From positions 4,160,001 through 4,224,000 of the forward strand of contig CBDCJV010000002.1 in the NCBI GenBank assembly GCA_965217895.1: a stretch of 64,000 bases of DNA, in the 5' to 3' direction. This stretch comes from Waterburya sp. (GTDB lineage Bacteria; Cyanobacteriota; Cyanobacteriia; Cyanobacteriales; Xenococcaceae). The notes below the pieces were generated by a model that saw only the letters and a program-made list of their open reading frames with translations, was not told the origin of the DNA and did no database searches. Below, in pieces: positions 52,138-61,821 of this stretch. Position numbers and translations under genes: made by a program. Within the stretch, counting starts at the first letter, position 1; each line of letters begins with the position of its first letter.

Positions 52138-53037
52138 TTAAAAGTCAAAAGTCCCAAAGAGCAAGATTTTTTCAGCCGTAATCTGAGATTGTTCTAGGTG
52201 GGGAACATGACCACAGTTATCGATCCAGACTAGTTTGCTATTGGGAATAGATTGGGCAAACTTAGCAGCGTCTTTTGTACCTAATATTTTGTCTTGCTTA
52301 CCCCATAAAATTAAAGTTGGCTGCTGTATCTGGGATATTCGAGTTGCAAATGAACCGTAGCCACCGCTTTTGGTAAAGGCAATTAAAGACTTATTCCAGT
52401 TAGCGCATTTTAAATGAAGTGCAGCACAGGCTTGGGCATCTAAACTGGCAAAGCTTTTATCAAAATAAGCAGCACGACTAATACTTTGACGAATTTTAGG
52501 ATTACGCAGAAACTCGGTAGCAAAATAATCTAGAGGAGAAAACATAAACTTGCCAATAGCTGGCTGTTTGGCTAAACCTGCACTGTCTATTAAAACTAAT
52601 TTTTCTACCGCTTTAGGATAGGTCAGGGTAAAATCTATTGCTGCTGCACCACCCATCGATGCACCTACCAAGATAACAGGCTGCTTAATTAGACTCTGCC
52701 AGAAGTGATACAAATGGGTTTTAATGTTTTGAGGATTGAGAGGAATATCTAAATTTCGTTGGCTAAAGCCAAATCCCAATAGATCTACCGCCCAAGTTGA
52801 CTGCTGTTTTGCTAGCAAAGGTATTAGGCGACGAAACTCAAATAAAGAGCTATCAAAGCCGTGGATTAATAATATTGGTGTGCTACCCTGTCCTTGCTTT
52901 ATATATGTAGTTGCAATACTATCTTTAGATAAAGGCGTGGAGATAGAGTTTTGTTGAATCTGCTTTGCTAAAGCGATCGAAGTTGATTCAGTTAAACTAC
53001 TAGCGTCAGAAGATAACCAGCTGGGAAACATGAACAA
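52138..53037 (-). CDS. alpha/beta hydrolase
   Basis: HGFDSS, DLLGFG, GASMGG nucleophile elbow, GHVPHLE. Confidence 0.92.
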   Translation of the reverse strand: MFMFPSWLSSDASSLTESTSIALAKQIQQNSISTPLSKDSIATTYIKQGQGSTPILLIHGFDSSLFEFRRLIPLLAKQQSTWAVDLLGFGFSQRNLDIPLNPQNIKTHLYHFWQSLIKQPVILVGASMGGAAAIDFTLTYPKAVEKLVLIDSAGLAKQPAIGKFMFSPLDYFATEFLRNPKIRQSISRAAYFDKSFASLDAQACAALHLKCANWNKSLIAFTKSGGYGSFATRISQIQQPTLILWGKQDKILGTKDAAKFAQSIPNSKLVWIDNCGHVPHLEQSQITAEKILLFGTFDF

Positions 53038-53284
53038 TAGATAATTGAATAGTAAATGTAATGCTCTACTTTAATTATCTATTAAAAATGCAACCACTAT
53101 CGAGAGATGTCTGATTTTCGAGGAAAATCCACGGATTAACAATGTTAATCGAGATCTAATAGTACATCTGACGTGAATTAAAAAGGTTTATTCCTACAAA
53201 TAAATTTGCTTAAGTACTTATTTATTGGAGAACAACGAAGCCTTTAAAATTCAGTGAATAATATAATAAATGAGTCAATACAAA

Positions 53285-54892
53285 CTATAGTTCAAAATTA
53301 GGCATCAATTGTAAAACTCCCATACCCAATTCTGAACCTTTAATGGACTTCAATTCAAATAAAGCCAATATATCTTTTGCTTGAGGATTACCACGATTGA
53401 TTCCCGTTACTCCCATGGCAATTACTAAACTACAGTATCCTTTTGTTTGTTGGCAGCGTTGATGCCATTTTTCTAGAGCCTTAACCTGCTGCACTACATC
53501 ATGAGAATATTCGGCAAATATAAATAGCTCATCACTTCCTGTTTGTAACATACCCAAATCATAAATTTCTCCGCTAAAAGGATCGTTACCAGGATTGAAG
53601 CAAACTGCTTTCAAGCCTCCAGCAGCGTGAATTTTGGTAATTAGTTCTTTGGCTTTAGGACGGGTAGTTTGAATAAAAATTGTTGGCAATGCTTTACCTT
53701 TAGAGACAACTCCCAAAGATTGATAGTAAGTTTTTGACTGATGTTTTGCTTGTTCAATTAGCTCCCCAGAAATACTAGCAAGGCTAATCAAAGCACCATC
53801 AGGGATTAAATCTTCTTGGATCGGAATATCTATTTCTTGGGTTGGGTTGCGATCGCTCGTACCCAAATTTAATAATTCCTCTGTCAGTTCTGGTAAGGTA
53901 GAAACTGTAGTCGAGATGGTTTTCTTATCATTGGCAAATTTTGGTAAAGATATACGATAGGATTTCGCGATCGCCTTAATTGGTTCTGCTTCCAAGGCTT
54001 GACGATTGTTTTTACAAAAACGCAACAAAGATTCTAGAGCAATATAAACTATTTTTGCTTCTTCCTCATCCAAAAAAGGACGCATTCCTTCAAAAGGATG
54101 GAGGCTACCAAAAAAAGGTTCAATTTGAACGATATCTAATAAGTCTTCTTCGTCTTCTAACTCTACTTCTTCGTAATTGAGAAACCAGCAGTCTTGAGCC
54201 AAGAAAGCTCGTTCTAATTCAGCTGCTGACTTGTTTTCTCCTAAAGCAGCAGAGCGAAAATTTTTCAGAGAATCTAAAGAGCGATATAGCAGTACTCCGT
54301 ATTCTGCTGACATCATGCCCATAATGCACAGATATACCCGCTCAATTTCACAATCTTTAAGTTCAATCTGCACAATATCGCTATCGGCTAGTAACTCCCA
54401 AGGAGAATTTTGCCAAATTTTGTCAGCTACCGCTTCGATTGGCTCTGCGTATAGTTTTGGCAAGGTAGATAGTTGACTATCATCCATCTCTGAAAATCCC
54501 TCAAACAGCCGATCGATTAAGGGAAGCTGAGGAGAATACTGAATATCTATATCTAAATCCTGTAATACACCCCGCAAGAAAAACTGAATTTCGCGATCGC
54601 GCACGATAATTTTTTGGGGACGATTAGGTTGTCCAGGATGATGAGGAGATTCAATGGCTCGTAATAAGGTTCTGGCGATCGCCTCAATACCTGTATCTTC
54701 AGAAACAACATCCATGGCTCTAACTGCTCCTTCAGAGCCATCTACCCAAATTACGCACTCTTCATCGGCATTTTGGTCATTGTCTAAATGAAATGCCATA
54801 TTTCCTAATGGACGACGATCGCCTTCCCAAACGCCTGGAACTTGGGCAATTTTTATTAGTCTACTTCTAGTTGTGGGAGGGAGAGTCGTCAT
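53285..54892 (-). CDS. conserved cyanobacterial hypothetical protein (DUF6930-like)
   Basis: 535-aa ORF, VWEGDRR, RPQKI.VRDRE.QFFLRG; domain label recalled, not searched. Confidence 0.7.
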   Translation of the reverse strand: MTTLPPTTRSRLIKIAQVPGVWEGDRRPLGNMAFHLDNDQNADEECVIWVDGSEGAVRAMDVVSEDTGIEAIARTLLRAIESPHHPGQPNRPQKIIVRDREIQFFLRGVLQDLDIDIQYSPQLPLIDRLFEGFSEMDDSQLSTLPKLYAEPIEAVADKIWQNSPWELLADSDIVQIELKDCEIERVYLCIMGMMSAEYGVLLYRSLDSLKNFRSAALGENKSAAELERAFLAQDCWFLNYEEVELEDEEDLLDIVQIEPFFGSLHPFEGMRPFLDEEEAKIVYIALESLLRFCKNNRQALEAEPIKAIAKSYRISLPKFANDKKTISTTVSTLPELTEELLNLGTSDRNPTQEIDIPIQEDLIPDGALISLASISGELIEQAKHQSKTYYQSLGVVSKGKALPTIFIQTTRPKAKELITKIHAAGGLKAVCFNPGNDPFSGEIYDLGMLQTGSDELFIFAEYSHDVVQQVKALEKWHQRCQQTKGYCSLVIAMGVTGINRGNPQAKDILALFELKSIKGSELGMGVLQLMPNFEL

Positions 54893-54913
54893 AAATATTT
54901 TAAATTACCTTGC

Positions 54914-56542
54914 TTAATTAATAATACCTACTTTACTTTTCTGGGCAGCCTGCAATAATAAACCATACTCTATACCTTCGACTAGTGCCTGATAAGAAGC
55001 ATCAAGAATATTTACCGACACGCCGATAGTTGTCCACCGTTCTACTCCATTACTTGATTCTACTAGTACACGAGTTTTAGCTGCTGTGCCTGAGCTACCG
55101 TCCAAAATGCGCACTTTATAATCTGCTAAATAGCAGTCGGCAATCTGAGGATAAAACTTAACTAATGCTTTGCGTAAAGCACTATCTAAAGCAGCCACGG
55201 GTCCCTTTCCTTCTGCTACCTCTAATAATTTTTTACTATCTACTTCTACTTTTATGGTAGCTAAAGCTTTGCTAGCTAGGTTGTCTTCTAGATGAATATT
55301 GCAGTGAACCTGGAAACCCTTTAGCTGAAAAAGCTGTTTATGAGGATCGAGTATCGAACGCATCAATAATTCAAAACTAGCTTCAGCAGCTTCAAACTGA
55401 TATCCCTGGTTTTCTAAAGTTTTTAGCTTCTCTAAAATTTGACGGCAGGTAACGTCCTGTTTACTAAGGTTAATGCCAAACTTAGCAGCATAATGTAAAA
55501 TATTACTTAAGCCTGATTGATCGGAAATAACAATACGTCTTTGATTACCAATTAATTCGGGTTGAATATGTTCGTAAGTTAAAGGATTTTTCTCAACGGC
55601 TGACACATGAACTCCCGCCTTGTGGGCAAATGCCGATCGCCCGACAAACGGCGCACAATCATCAGGCGCAAGATTGACTATCTCGCTAATATAACGACTG
55701 TTAGGACTTAGCTGTCCTAGCTGCCGATCGCCTAAGCACTGATAGCCTAGCTTTAGCTGTAGATTAGGAATCAAAGTGCAAAGGTTAGCATTTCCGCATC
55801 TTTCTCCATAACCGTTGATAGTTCCTTGTACCATCGTTGCCCCCGCCCTAACAGCAGCGATCGCATTGGCTACTGCCGTTCCTGAGTCATTGTGGGTATG
55901 AATACCAAGCTGCACTACTTCAGTGTTCTTTAGTTCGGGAATTGCGTTTATTACCTCAGTTACAGTTTGGCTGATTTCATGGGGTAAAGTGCCGCCGTTG
56001 GTATCGCACAAAACTAACCATTTTGCCCCTGCTTCCAAGGCTGTTCTCAGAGTTTTAAGAGCATACCGTTGGTTATGCTTATAGCCATCAAACCAGTGTT
56101 CAGCGTCGTAGATTACTTTTCTACCTTGGCTACGAAGATACTCAATTGTATCACCGATCATAGCTAGATTTTCTTCAAGGCTAGTTTTCAAAGTTTCTTG
56201 AACATGAAGATCCCATGACTTACCAAAAATAGTCACCCAAGAAGTTCCCGCAGCTAAAATCGCCTGAAGCATCTTATCTTCTGCTGCATCCAAATTAGGA
56301 CGACGAGTAGAACAAAAAGCCACTATCTCCGAGTTTTTTAGTGGTTTTTCTTTTAATCGCCAAAAAAACTGCACATCTTTAGGATTTGCTCCTGGCCATC
56401 CTCCTTCAATAAAGGGAACTCCCATCCGATCGAGCCTGTGGGCAATTTTGAGCTTATCATCTAAGGACAGAGAAATTCCCTCTCCTTGAGAACCGTCTCT
56501 TAAGGTGGTGTCGTAAATCCAAATTGGTGATTTTTGATTCAT
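54914..56542 (-). CDS. cimA: citramalate synthase
   Basis: YDTTLRDGSQGEG, EGGWPGANPKD, FGKSWDLHV, DAEHWFDG, HTHNDSG, FEAAEASFEL. Confidence 0.93.
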   Translation of the reverse strand: MNQKSPIWIYDTTLRDGSQGEGISLSLDDKLKIAHRLDRMGVPFIEGGWPGANPKDVQFFWRLKEKPLKNSEIVAFCSTRRPNLDAAEDKMLQAILAAGTSWVTIFGKSWDLHVQETLKTSLEENLAMIGDTIEYLRSQGRKVIYDAEHWFDGYKHNQRYALKTLRTALEAGAKWLVLCDTNGGTLPHEISQTVTEVINAIPELKNTEVVQLGIHTHNDSGTAVANAIAAVRAGATMVQGTINGYGERCGNANLCTLIPNLQLKLGYQCLGDRQLGQLSPNSRYISEIVNLAPDDCAPFVGRSAFAHKAGVHVSAVEKNPLTYEHIQPELIGNQRRIVISDQSGLSNILHYAAKFGINLSKQDVTCRQILEKLKTLENQGYQFEAAEASFELLMRSILDPHKQLFQLKGFQVHCNIHLEDNLASKALATIKVEVDSKKLLEVAEGKGPVAALDSALRKALVKFYPQIADCYLADYKVRILDGSSGTAAKTRVLVESSNGVERWTTIGVSVNILDASYQALVEGIEYGLLLQAAQKSKVGIIN

Positions 56543-56656
56543 GAAATCAATTGTTACTCTAATTAGAGTTAAGAAATGTTAAATTACTCTTGGATGCCAA
56601 TGGCTCAATGGCTGACTTCCTCTCTTAACTGCTCTTACCGTCCTAACTGTTGATAA

Positions 56657-57193
56657 ATGAACATTTTTAAAATTTCTCCTGTTATTCGGATTACTCTTTC
56701 ATGTCTTTATATCGCTTTGACAGTTCCCTTGCCTTTTTTAGCAGACTTTACTAATGCTCCTATTCCCACAAATGTCCTGTGGATTGGTATTATTATAGGT
56801 GCGATCGCTGTCCATGCTGCTCTTAGTGAAAGGGTAATTTTAGATGATGAGCAAATTAAAGTTGCTTATCCTCAGTGGGTACCTGGGTTTTTTCGTCAGG
56901 GTTGGTCATTGACCTGGCAGGAAATCGACAATTTAAAAATGCGGACTACAGGACAAGGGGGATTAGTTTATTATTTCACCACTTGTTCAGCAGAAGAAGC
57001 CTATCTTCTGCCGATGCGAATTGCTGGATTTAATAAAATGGTTAATTTAGTTGCTAAGAAAACAGGTATTGACACCGCCGATGTTCGTCCTCTAGCTCAA
57101 CCCTGGATGTACCTGATTTTGTTCGTCTGTACTATGTTTTTATGGCTCATTGATGGTTGGACAATCTGGACTGCAACTCATTTTACCGTGTAG
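56657..57193 (+). CDS. conserved cyanobacterial membrane protein
   Basis: Three hydrophobic segments; TTGQGGLVYYF, LLPMRIAGF, RPLAQPWMY. Confidence 0.75.
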   Translation: MNIFKISPVIRITLSCLYIALTVPLPFLADFTNAPIPTNVLWIGIIIGAIAVHAALSERVILDDEQIKVAYPQWVPGFFRQGWSLTWQEIDNLKMRTTGQGGLVYYFTTCSAEEAYLLPMRIAGFNKMVNLVAKKTGIDTADVRPLAQPWMYLILFVCTMFLWLIDGWTIWTATHFTV

Positions 57194-57276
57194 TATGGCA
57201 GCGATCGCTATTTAATTAGTGATTAGCGATCGCTTTGTAGGAGCAGTGTTGTTAACTAATCTACCTTATTACTTAA

Positions 57277-59364
57277 TTAGTTCCAGTTACCAATCAATGT
57301 AAAAGACGACCAAAAGTAAGGATGAGCAAGTGACAACTTTCCATTAGGAAACTCTTTTGGTAGAGCCAATTTTTCGCCATTAGATAAATCAACTTCCCTA
57401 TCATCAATGTTGACCTTACCATACAACATCTCTAATTGAGTTTGACGTAAAGCTTCGGCTTTAAGCAAAGTAGTATCCAATTGATTATAAAATTCGCCCA
57501 TCAGAGCCAGTGTTCCCAAGTCGCTGACATACCAAAGGCTTGCTAATGCCGATTTCACCCCTGCTTGTACTGCCAACCCTGCGAAACCTAGTTCTGATTC
57601 TTTGTCTCCTATAGCAGTGTCACAAGCACTTAAAACCAGCAATTCAATTGGCGTGTTAGCAGTACTCCAACCAAGCTTATCTGATATCTCCCGTAGTTGG
57701 GGAATTCTCAGTTTATCATCGTAAAACTGAATATAAGAATCATTTAAATCCCCTGCTTTAAACTCTGCATGGGTGCCAAGATGAATAATTTGAAAAGAAT
57801 TTTTACGGCTATTTTGAGCTATAAAGTTGGGAATAGTAAACTGCTTATTCAGAAATGCCTCTCCTTGACGAGGATCGCTGACAATAGTTTCTAATTCTAT
57901 ACCCATAGTTGGTAATGATGGTTGGTCGGTAAATTCTGAAGCTCCCATAGCCAAAATAGAGCTTTTTGCAGGATTTACGTAGCGAGTATCTGTTAAACCA
58001 AAGCTAGGAACTATTGCTGTAGCATATTTTTCGACTAAAAATTGCTTACCATCATAGAGTGCTGCTAGAGGCAACAAACGTAATCCCGAATCCATTGAGA
58101 AAACTAAAATGTCAATATTATTAGCTTGCAATTCCGCTTCAATAGGCTTAATTAAAACGTTATAGAGTTCTTCTGATGATTTTATGTAACTAGTGTCTTG
58201 TAAATTTCTAGCGTTACTAACCTCTTCACGGAATTGAGTTGCAGTCGCGATTACATCTTTTCTAGAGGTGTTCTTGATAGTTTTACGCACAGTTAAGGCT
58301 TTAGGTTCAGGGGAATCTATGGTCTTAAGATTAGTTGAAGCAACGGTCGAACCATGAGCAGCAGCGGATTTAGTATCATCAGGCAGCACGACAAATGATT
58401 CAAGCTGATTCTTTTGCAAAGATATATTAATAAATGCAGCCTTTTTGCCAGTTTGCTGTTCTAACTCAGCCAATCTGCGAGAAATATCTTTAACAGAAGG
58501 TACGCTTCCGTATATTTGTAATCCTGAAGAACTAATTAATTGATTTAATTGAAACTCCTCCTGCATTTGGATTGCCAAATCAGCAGGAGCATTTTGGAAT
58601 TGTGTCTCATAAGCAACACGATCTAATTGCCCTGTATTTACATTTTCCTCAGCGGCTTTTTTTTCTTCTTCAACAGCTTTTTCTTCCTCAGCGGTTTTTT
58701 CCTCTTCCTGAGTGGGTTTTTCTTCCGCTTGTGCTTGAGCCGGTTTCTCCTCTGCCTGAGCGGGTTTCTCTGTCGCTTGCGCTTGAGCGGGTTTTTCCGT
58801 TGCTGGAGTACTAGTTGTGGCTGGCGATTTGTTCGTATCTAATGAGCTTGTATTTGATGAACCTTCAACAGTCTTAGGTGTTTCCTGAACTGCCTGATTT
58901 GAATTTTGGTCAGTACTCCCTGGAGAGGTGTTAAAGCTATCAGCAGTGTTGCTATCTGTAGAAGTCGTTCCGTCAGTAGTGTTGCTATCTGTAGAAGTCG
59001 TTCCATCAGTAGTGTTGCTATCGGTAGGAGTTGCTCCATCGGCAGTGTTGCTATCTGTAGAAGTCGTTCCATCAGTAGTGTTGCTATCGGTAGGAGTTGC
59101 TCCATCGGCAGTGTTGCTATCGGTAGGAGTTGCTCCATCAGTAGTGTTGCTATCGGTAGAAGTCGTTCCATCAGTAGTGTTGCTATCGGTAGAAGTCGTT
59201 CCATCAGCAGTGTTGCTATCGGTAGGAGTCCCATTAATAATTTCATTGGGATTTGGCAATGTAATATCCGACATATTCCCTGTTTGAGAACGAACTGAAT
59301 CAGTAGCTAACAATGACCAGGTTAAAACTAAAAATATTTTGACTGATAGTTGAAATAATTTCAT
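57277..59364 (-). CDS. CHAT (caspase-like) protease with signal peptide and repetitive stalk
   Basis: N-terminal signal; LPLAALYDG.QFLVE.Y, IIHLGTHAEF (His), LLVLSACDTA (Cys), ASLWYVSD, HPYFWSSFTLIGNW. Confidence 0.92.
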   Translation of the reverse strand: MKLFQLSVKIFLVLTWSLLATDSVRSQTGNMSDITLPNPNEIINGTPTDSNTADGTTSTDSNTTDGTTSTDSNTTDGATPTDSNTADGATPTDSNTTDGTTSTDSNTADGATPTDSNTTDGTTSTDSNTTDGTTSTDSNTADSFNTSPGSTDQNSNQAVQETPKTVEGSSNTSSLDTNKSPATTSTPATEKPAQAQATEKPAQAEEKPAQAQAEEKPTQEEEKTAEEEKAVEEEKKAAEENVNTGQLDRVAYETQFQNAPADLAIQMQEEFQLNQLISSSGLQIYGSVPSVKDISRRLAELEQQTGKKAAFINISLQKNQLESFVVLPDDTKSAAAHGSTVASTNLKTIDSPEPKALTVRKTIKNTSRKDVIATATQFREEVSNARNLQDTSYIKSSEELYNVLIKPIEAELQANNIDILVFSMDSGLRLLPLAALYDGKQFLVEKYATAIVPSFGLTDTRYVNPAKSSILAMGASEFTDQPSLPTMGIELETIVSDPRQGEAFLNKQFTIPNFIAQNSRKNSFQIIHLGTHAEFKAGDLNDSYIQFYDDKLRIPQLREISDKLGWSTANTPIELLVLSACDTAIGDKESELGFAGLAVQAGVKSALASLWYVSDLGTLALMGEFYNQLDTTLLKAEALRQTQLEMLYGKVNIDDREVDLSNGEKLALPKEFPNGKLSLAHPYFWSSFTLIGNWN
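58939..59232. repeat. 33-bp coding tandem repeat, 9 copies (G[TA]T[SP]TDSNT[TA]D)
   Basis: The unit cagYagtgttgctatcKgtagRagtYgYtcc.. recurs every 33 bp. Confidence 0.95.
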
Positions 59365-59394
59365 GTTGATATTTTCCTAAAAGGTAAAATGATT

Positions 59395-60414
59395 TTAAAA
59401 AGAAAAAGTATAGCCAAAACCAAAGATAAATCTTGTGCCATCTCCTGCTGTACCAGTAATATCTGTTAAAGCAGGTACTATTACAAGAGGTAACTTTCTA
59501 AACAAAACAATGGGAGTACCAATGGTTAAATCTTGACCGCTCCACTCAGCCACAAATCCCACAGGATCTAAAATTTTGACCGCTAAACTGCCAAAGATAC
59601 CTAGTGTTTCATTGCCGTTATTAATATCAGACTCAGAACGAAATTGCCCACCTCCTACTCCAACAGTTGTATATATTTCACTAAAAGCTTTGCTTCTATC
59701 TTCACGCAATTTAAATCTTTTCGTAACAACTCCATAAACTGAAGAACCTCCATCAGTATTACCCCATGTTGCTAAACCTTGTACTCCAATAGCTACAGCA
59801 AAACCCTCGGGCAAACGACGATGTAATTTAAGACTGATTGCTCCGTCGCTGAATGGTGAACTTACGTCAACTAAACTAATTCCAATCTGCGCGCCAATGT
59901 TTTTTAAGGGGTTTCCTAAACCGAAACCTAAACCGATTACTCCGTCTGCTTGATTTTGGAAGCGAACACGATCTTGGAAACCAAAACCTATCCCCGCACT
60001 TCTCCAGGAAGCACCATAGGCAGATGGATTGACAATTGTAATACTTGGAGAGGCTCGATAAGGCTGCTGGGTAAATGGTATTTGCAGTGGTATTCTTCTT
60101 GGTTCAAATCTTTCTCCCCCTGTGGGTTGACGGCGTAATGATGGAATTCCGCTATCGACAGGAGAAGATTCTGAAGATTCGGCAGCTACAGTACTATTAA
60201 TATTTAGATTGTTAAAAGAGGTAAAGTTGAATTTTAATTCTGACTTTGTGGATTTAATCGTATTTTCTGATAAATTGCTTGCTGATGATTTAGAAGGTAT
60301 ATTGTCAGGAACTTCAGCCTTAATCTCACTGCCCATTGATAAAAACAAAGTGTTCATTAAAGAGAACTTGGCAATTTGCACGAGGGACTTATTGAACTTA
60401 TTGATAAATGACAT
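59395..60414 (-). CDS. hypothetical outer-membrane beta-barrel protein
   Basis: Gly/aromatic alternating strands, AEWSGQDL.IG, C-terminal FGFGYTFSF beta-signal. Confidence 0.65.
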   Translation of the reverse strand: MSFINKFNKSLVQIAKFSLMNTLFLSMGSEIKAEVPDNIPSKSSASNLSENTIKSTKSELKFNFTSFNNLNINSTVAAESSESSPVDSGIPSLRRQPTGGERFEPRRIPLQIPFTQQPYRASPSITIVNPSAYGASWRSAGIGFGFQDRVRFQNQADGVIGLGFGLGNPLKNIGAQIGISLVDVSSPFSDGAISLKLHRRLPEGFAVAIGVQGLATWGNTDGGSSVYGVVTKRFKLREDRSKAFSEIYTTVGVGGGQFRSESDINNGNETLGIFGSLAVKILDPVGFVAEWSGQDLTIGTPIVLFRKLPLVIVPALTDITGTAGDGTRFIFGFGYTFSF

Positions 60415-60845
60415 TTACGTGAGTAATTGTTTAAACATTTCTATATACAACATTACGTATGAACATTAGGGCGTTATGCTATATTTCTTCTATCAAGCTA
60501 CTTTTTGTTGCACGAATTTTGTCATATTACAATAGCTGTTTTACTCATTGGCTTAGTAGCTATTGTTTATCTAGGTATAATTATCGGTAGCAAGCCTTAA
60601 ATAAACTAGGGAAGATTAAAGAAAACAATAGCTATAGTTTTAGATCATCTAGCATTAAGATAAACCGCGTCCACTTTAAAATCCATAGTTTTTTAGATAA
60701 AGGACTTGTCTGCATAGACTGTTTTAGGGATAAAGGAAAAAAATAAATCACCTTAAACTCCAGTTTTCTATCTAGACGCGGTTTAGAAGCATAAGTAGTG
60801 ACTTTTTGTATACTTTTCAAATCCAGATAAGCTTTAAACTATATG

Positions 60846-60880
60846 CCTAATGTCAACTAATAATGTTGATTGACATTAGG
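60846..60880. repeat. perfect 11-bp inverted repeat
   Basis: CCTAATGTCAA...TTGACATTAGG. Confidence 0.6.
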
Positions 60881-60891
60881 AACTTTTTGCA

Positions 60892-60990
60892 CATAGCAAT
60901 CCTAAATAAATCGTGATCAATCGTGAAATTTTTGTTCCCTATTCCCGACATCGAGATTTAACTGTTCACAAATGAAATAAGATTGCCATA
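60892..60990. mobile_element. MITE
   Basis: ATAGCAATCCTAAATAAATCGTGA...TCACAAATGAAATAAGATTGCCAT imperfect terminal inverted repeats; no ORF. Confidence 0.7.
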
Positions 60991-61004
60991 TACTATCAGG
61001 CAGC

Positions 61005-61526
61005 TTACCACCAAGGCCACCATGTGGGTTGATATGGTTTATCGTCAAAACTATATATATTACCTCTACTTTTTAATGCCTTACACTCTAAAGGCTTCAT
61101 ATTGTCCAAAACACAACCTGCATTGTAGCTGGGATTTACGCTGAATAATTTCTCGCTAGCTTTATCAGCGCAATTTTGGTCTTCTTCTGTAACTAAGCAA
61201 ACTAAATTTTTCTTTTGTAGACTTTCTGCCTTTAGATATTTAGCTGTTTTTTGCTGATATGTAGCCTGTAATTTACTGGCAGTTTGCTGACAAATTTCTT
61301 TACCCGACTGTTGTGGAAGCAGATATTCTGAGTGCCAACTCATGATTGGCTTGAGGTTCACTTGCCCTGGAGTGTAGGCATACATTGTTGGCGTACCTTC
61401 TTGAGTAGCGCAGACAAAAGCAGTATTAGAAGATTTTTTATTGGGATTTTCTTCTGCTTGAACGGGCAACGAACCGATCGCGATCGCGCAACCGATCAAG
61501 GCAGTATATAAGTGCTTTTTATTCAT
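61005..61526 (-). CDS. COP23 domain secreted protein
   Basis: Signal peptide; FVC...GTPT, PIMSW.S, C.Q.A.KLQ, VC, C, LFS pattern. Confidence 0.75.
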   Translation of the reverse strand: MNKKHLYTALIGCAIAIGSLPVQAEENPNKKSSNTAFVCATQEGTPTMYAYTPGQVNLKPIMSWHSEYLLPQQSGKEICQQTASKLQATYQQKTAKYLKAESLQKKNLVCLVTEEDQNCADKASEKLFSVNPSYNAGCVLDNMKPLECKALKSRGNIYSFDDKPYQPTWWPWW

Positions 61527-61572
61527 TGATCGTGTCTTCTATTTGGTATATAGAGCTATGTTAAACATTTAC

Positions 61573-61712
61573 GGCGTTGCTGATTTTAGGTATGAAACCG
61601 TAAATAATACTGTTCGTAGCTATTAGCTATTAGCTATTAGCTTTTAATGTATTTTCATTTCCTAGATTATGAAAGTAATCAACTTACTGTCATATTCCGA
61701 TTCAGCTACGCC
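61573..61712. mobile_element. MITE carrying heptamer (TAGCTAT)n STRR repeats
   Basis: GGCGTTGCTGATTTTAGGTATGA...TCATATTCCGATTCAGCTACGCC terminal inverted repeats. Confidence 0.7.
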
Positions 61713-61821
61713 ACATTTACTAAGTGTAATTTACTATGTGAACTTGCTGACTTATTATTATTTCACTAAATATATTGTCACAAGCGTAAATTTTTGATAG
61801 GGATTGTTTACTCGTTACTCG

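Noticed and set aside
58839..59298. Three extra overlapping ORFs (135, 130 and 119 aa), and a CRISPR-like appearance of the repeat
   Set aside because: They are by-products of a 33-bp stop-poor coding repeat in the CHAT gene; units are contiguous with no unique spacers and there are no cas genes.
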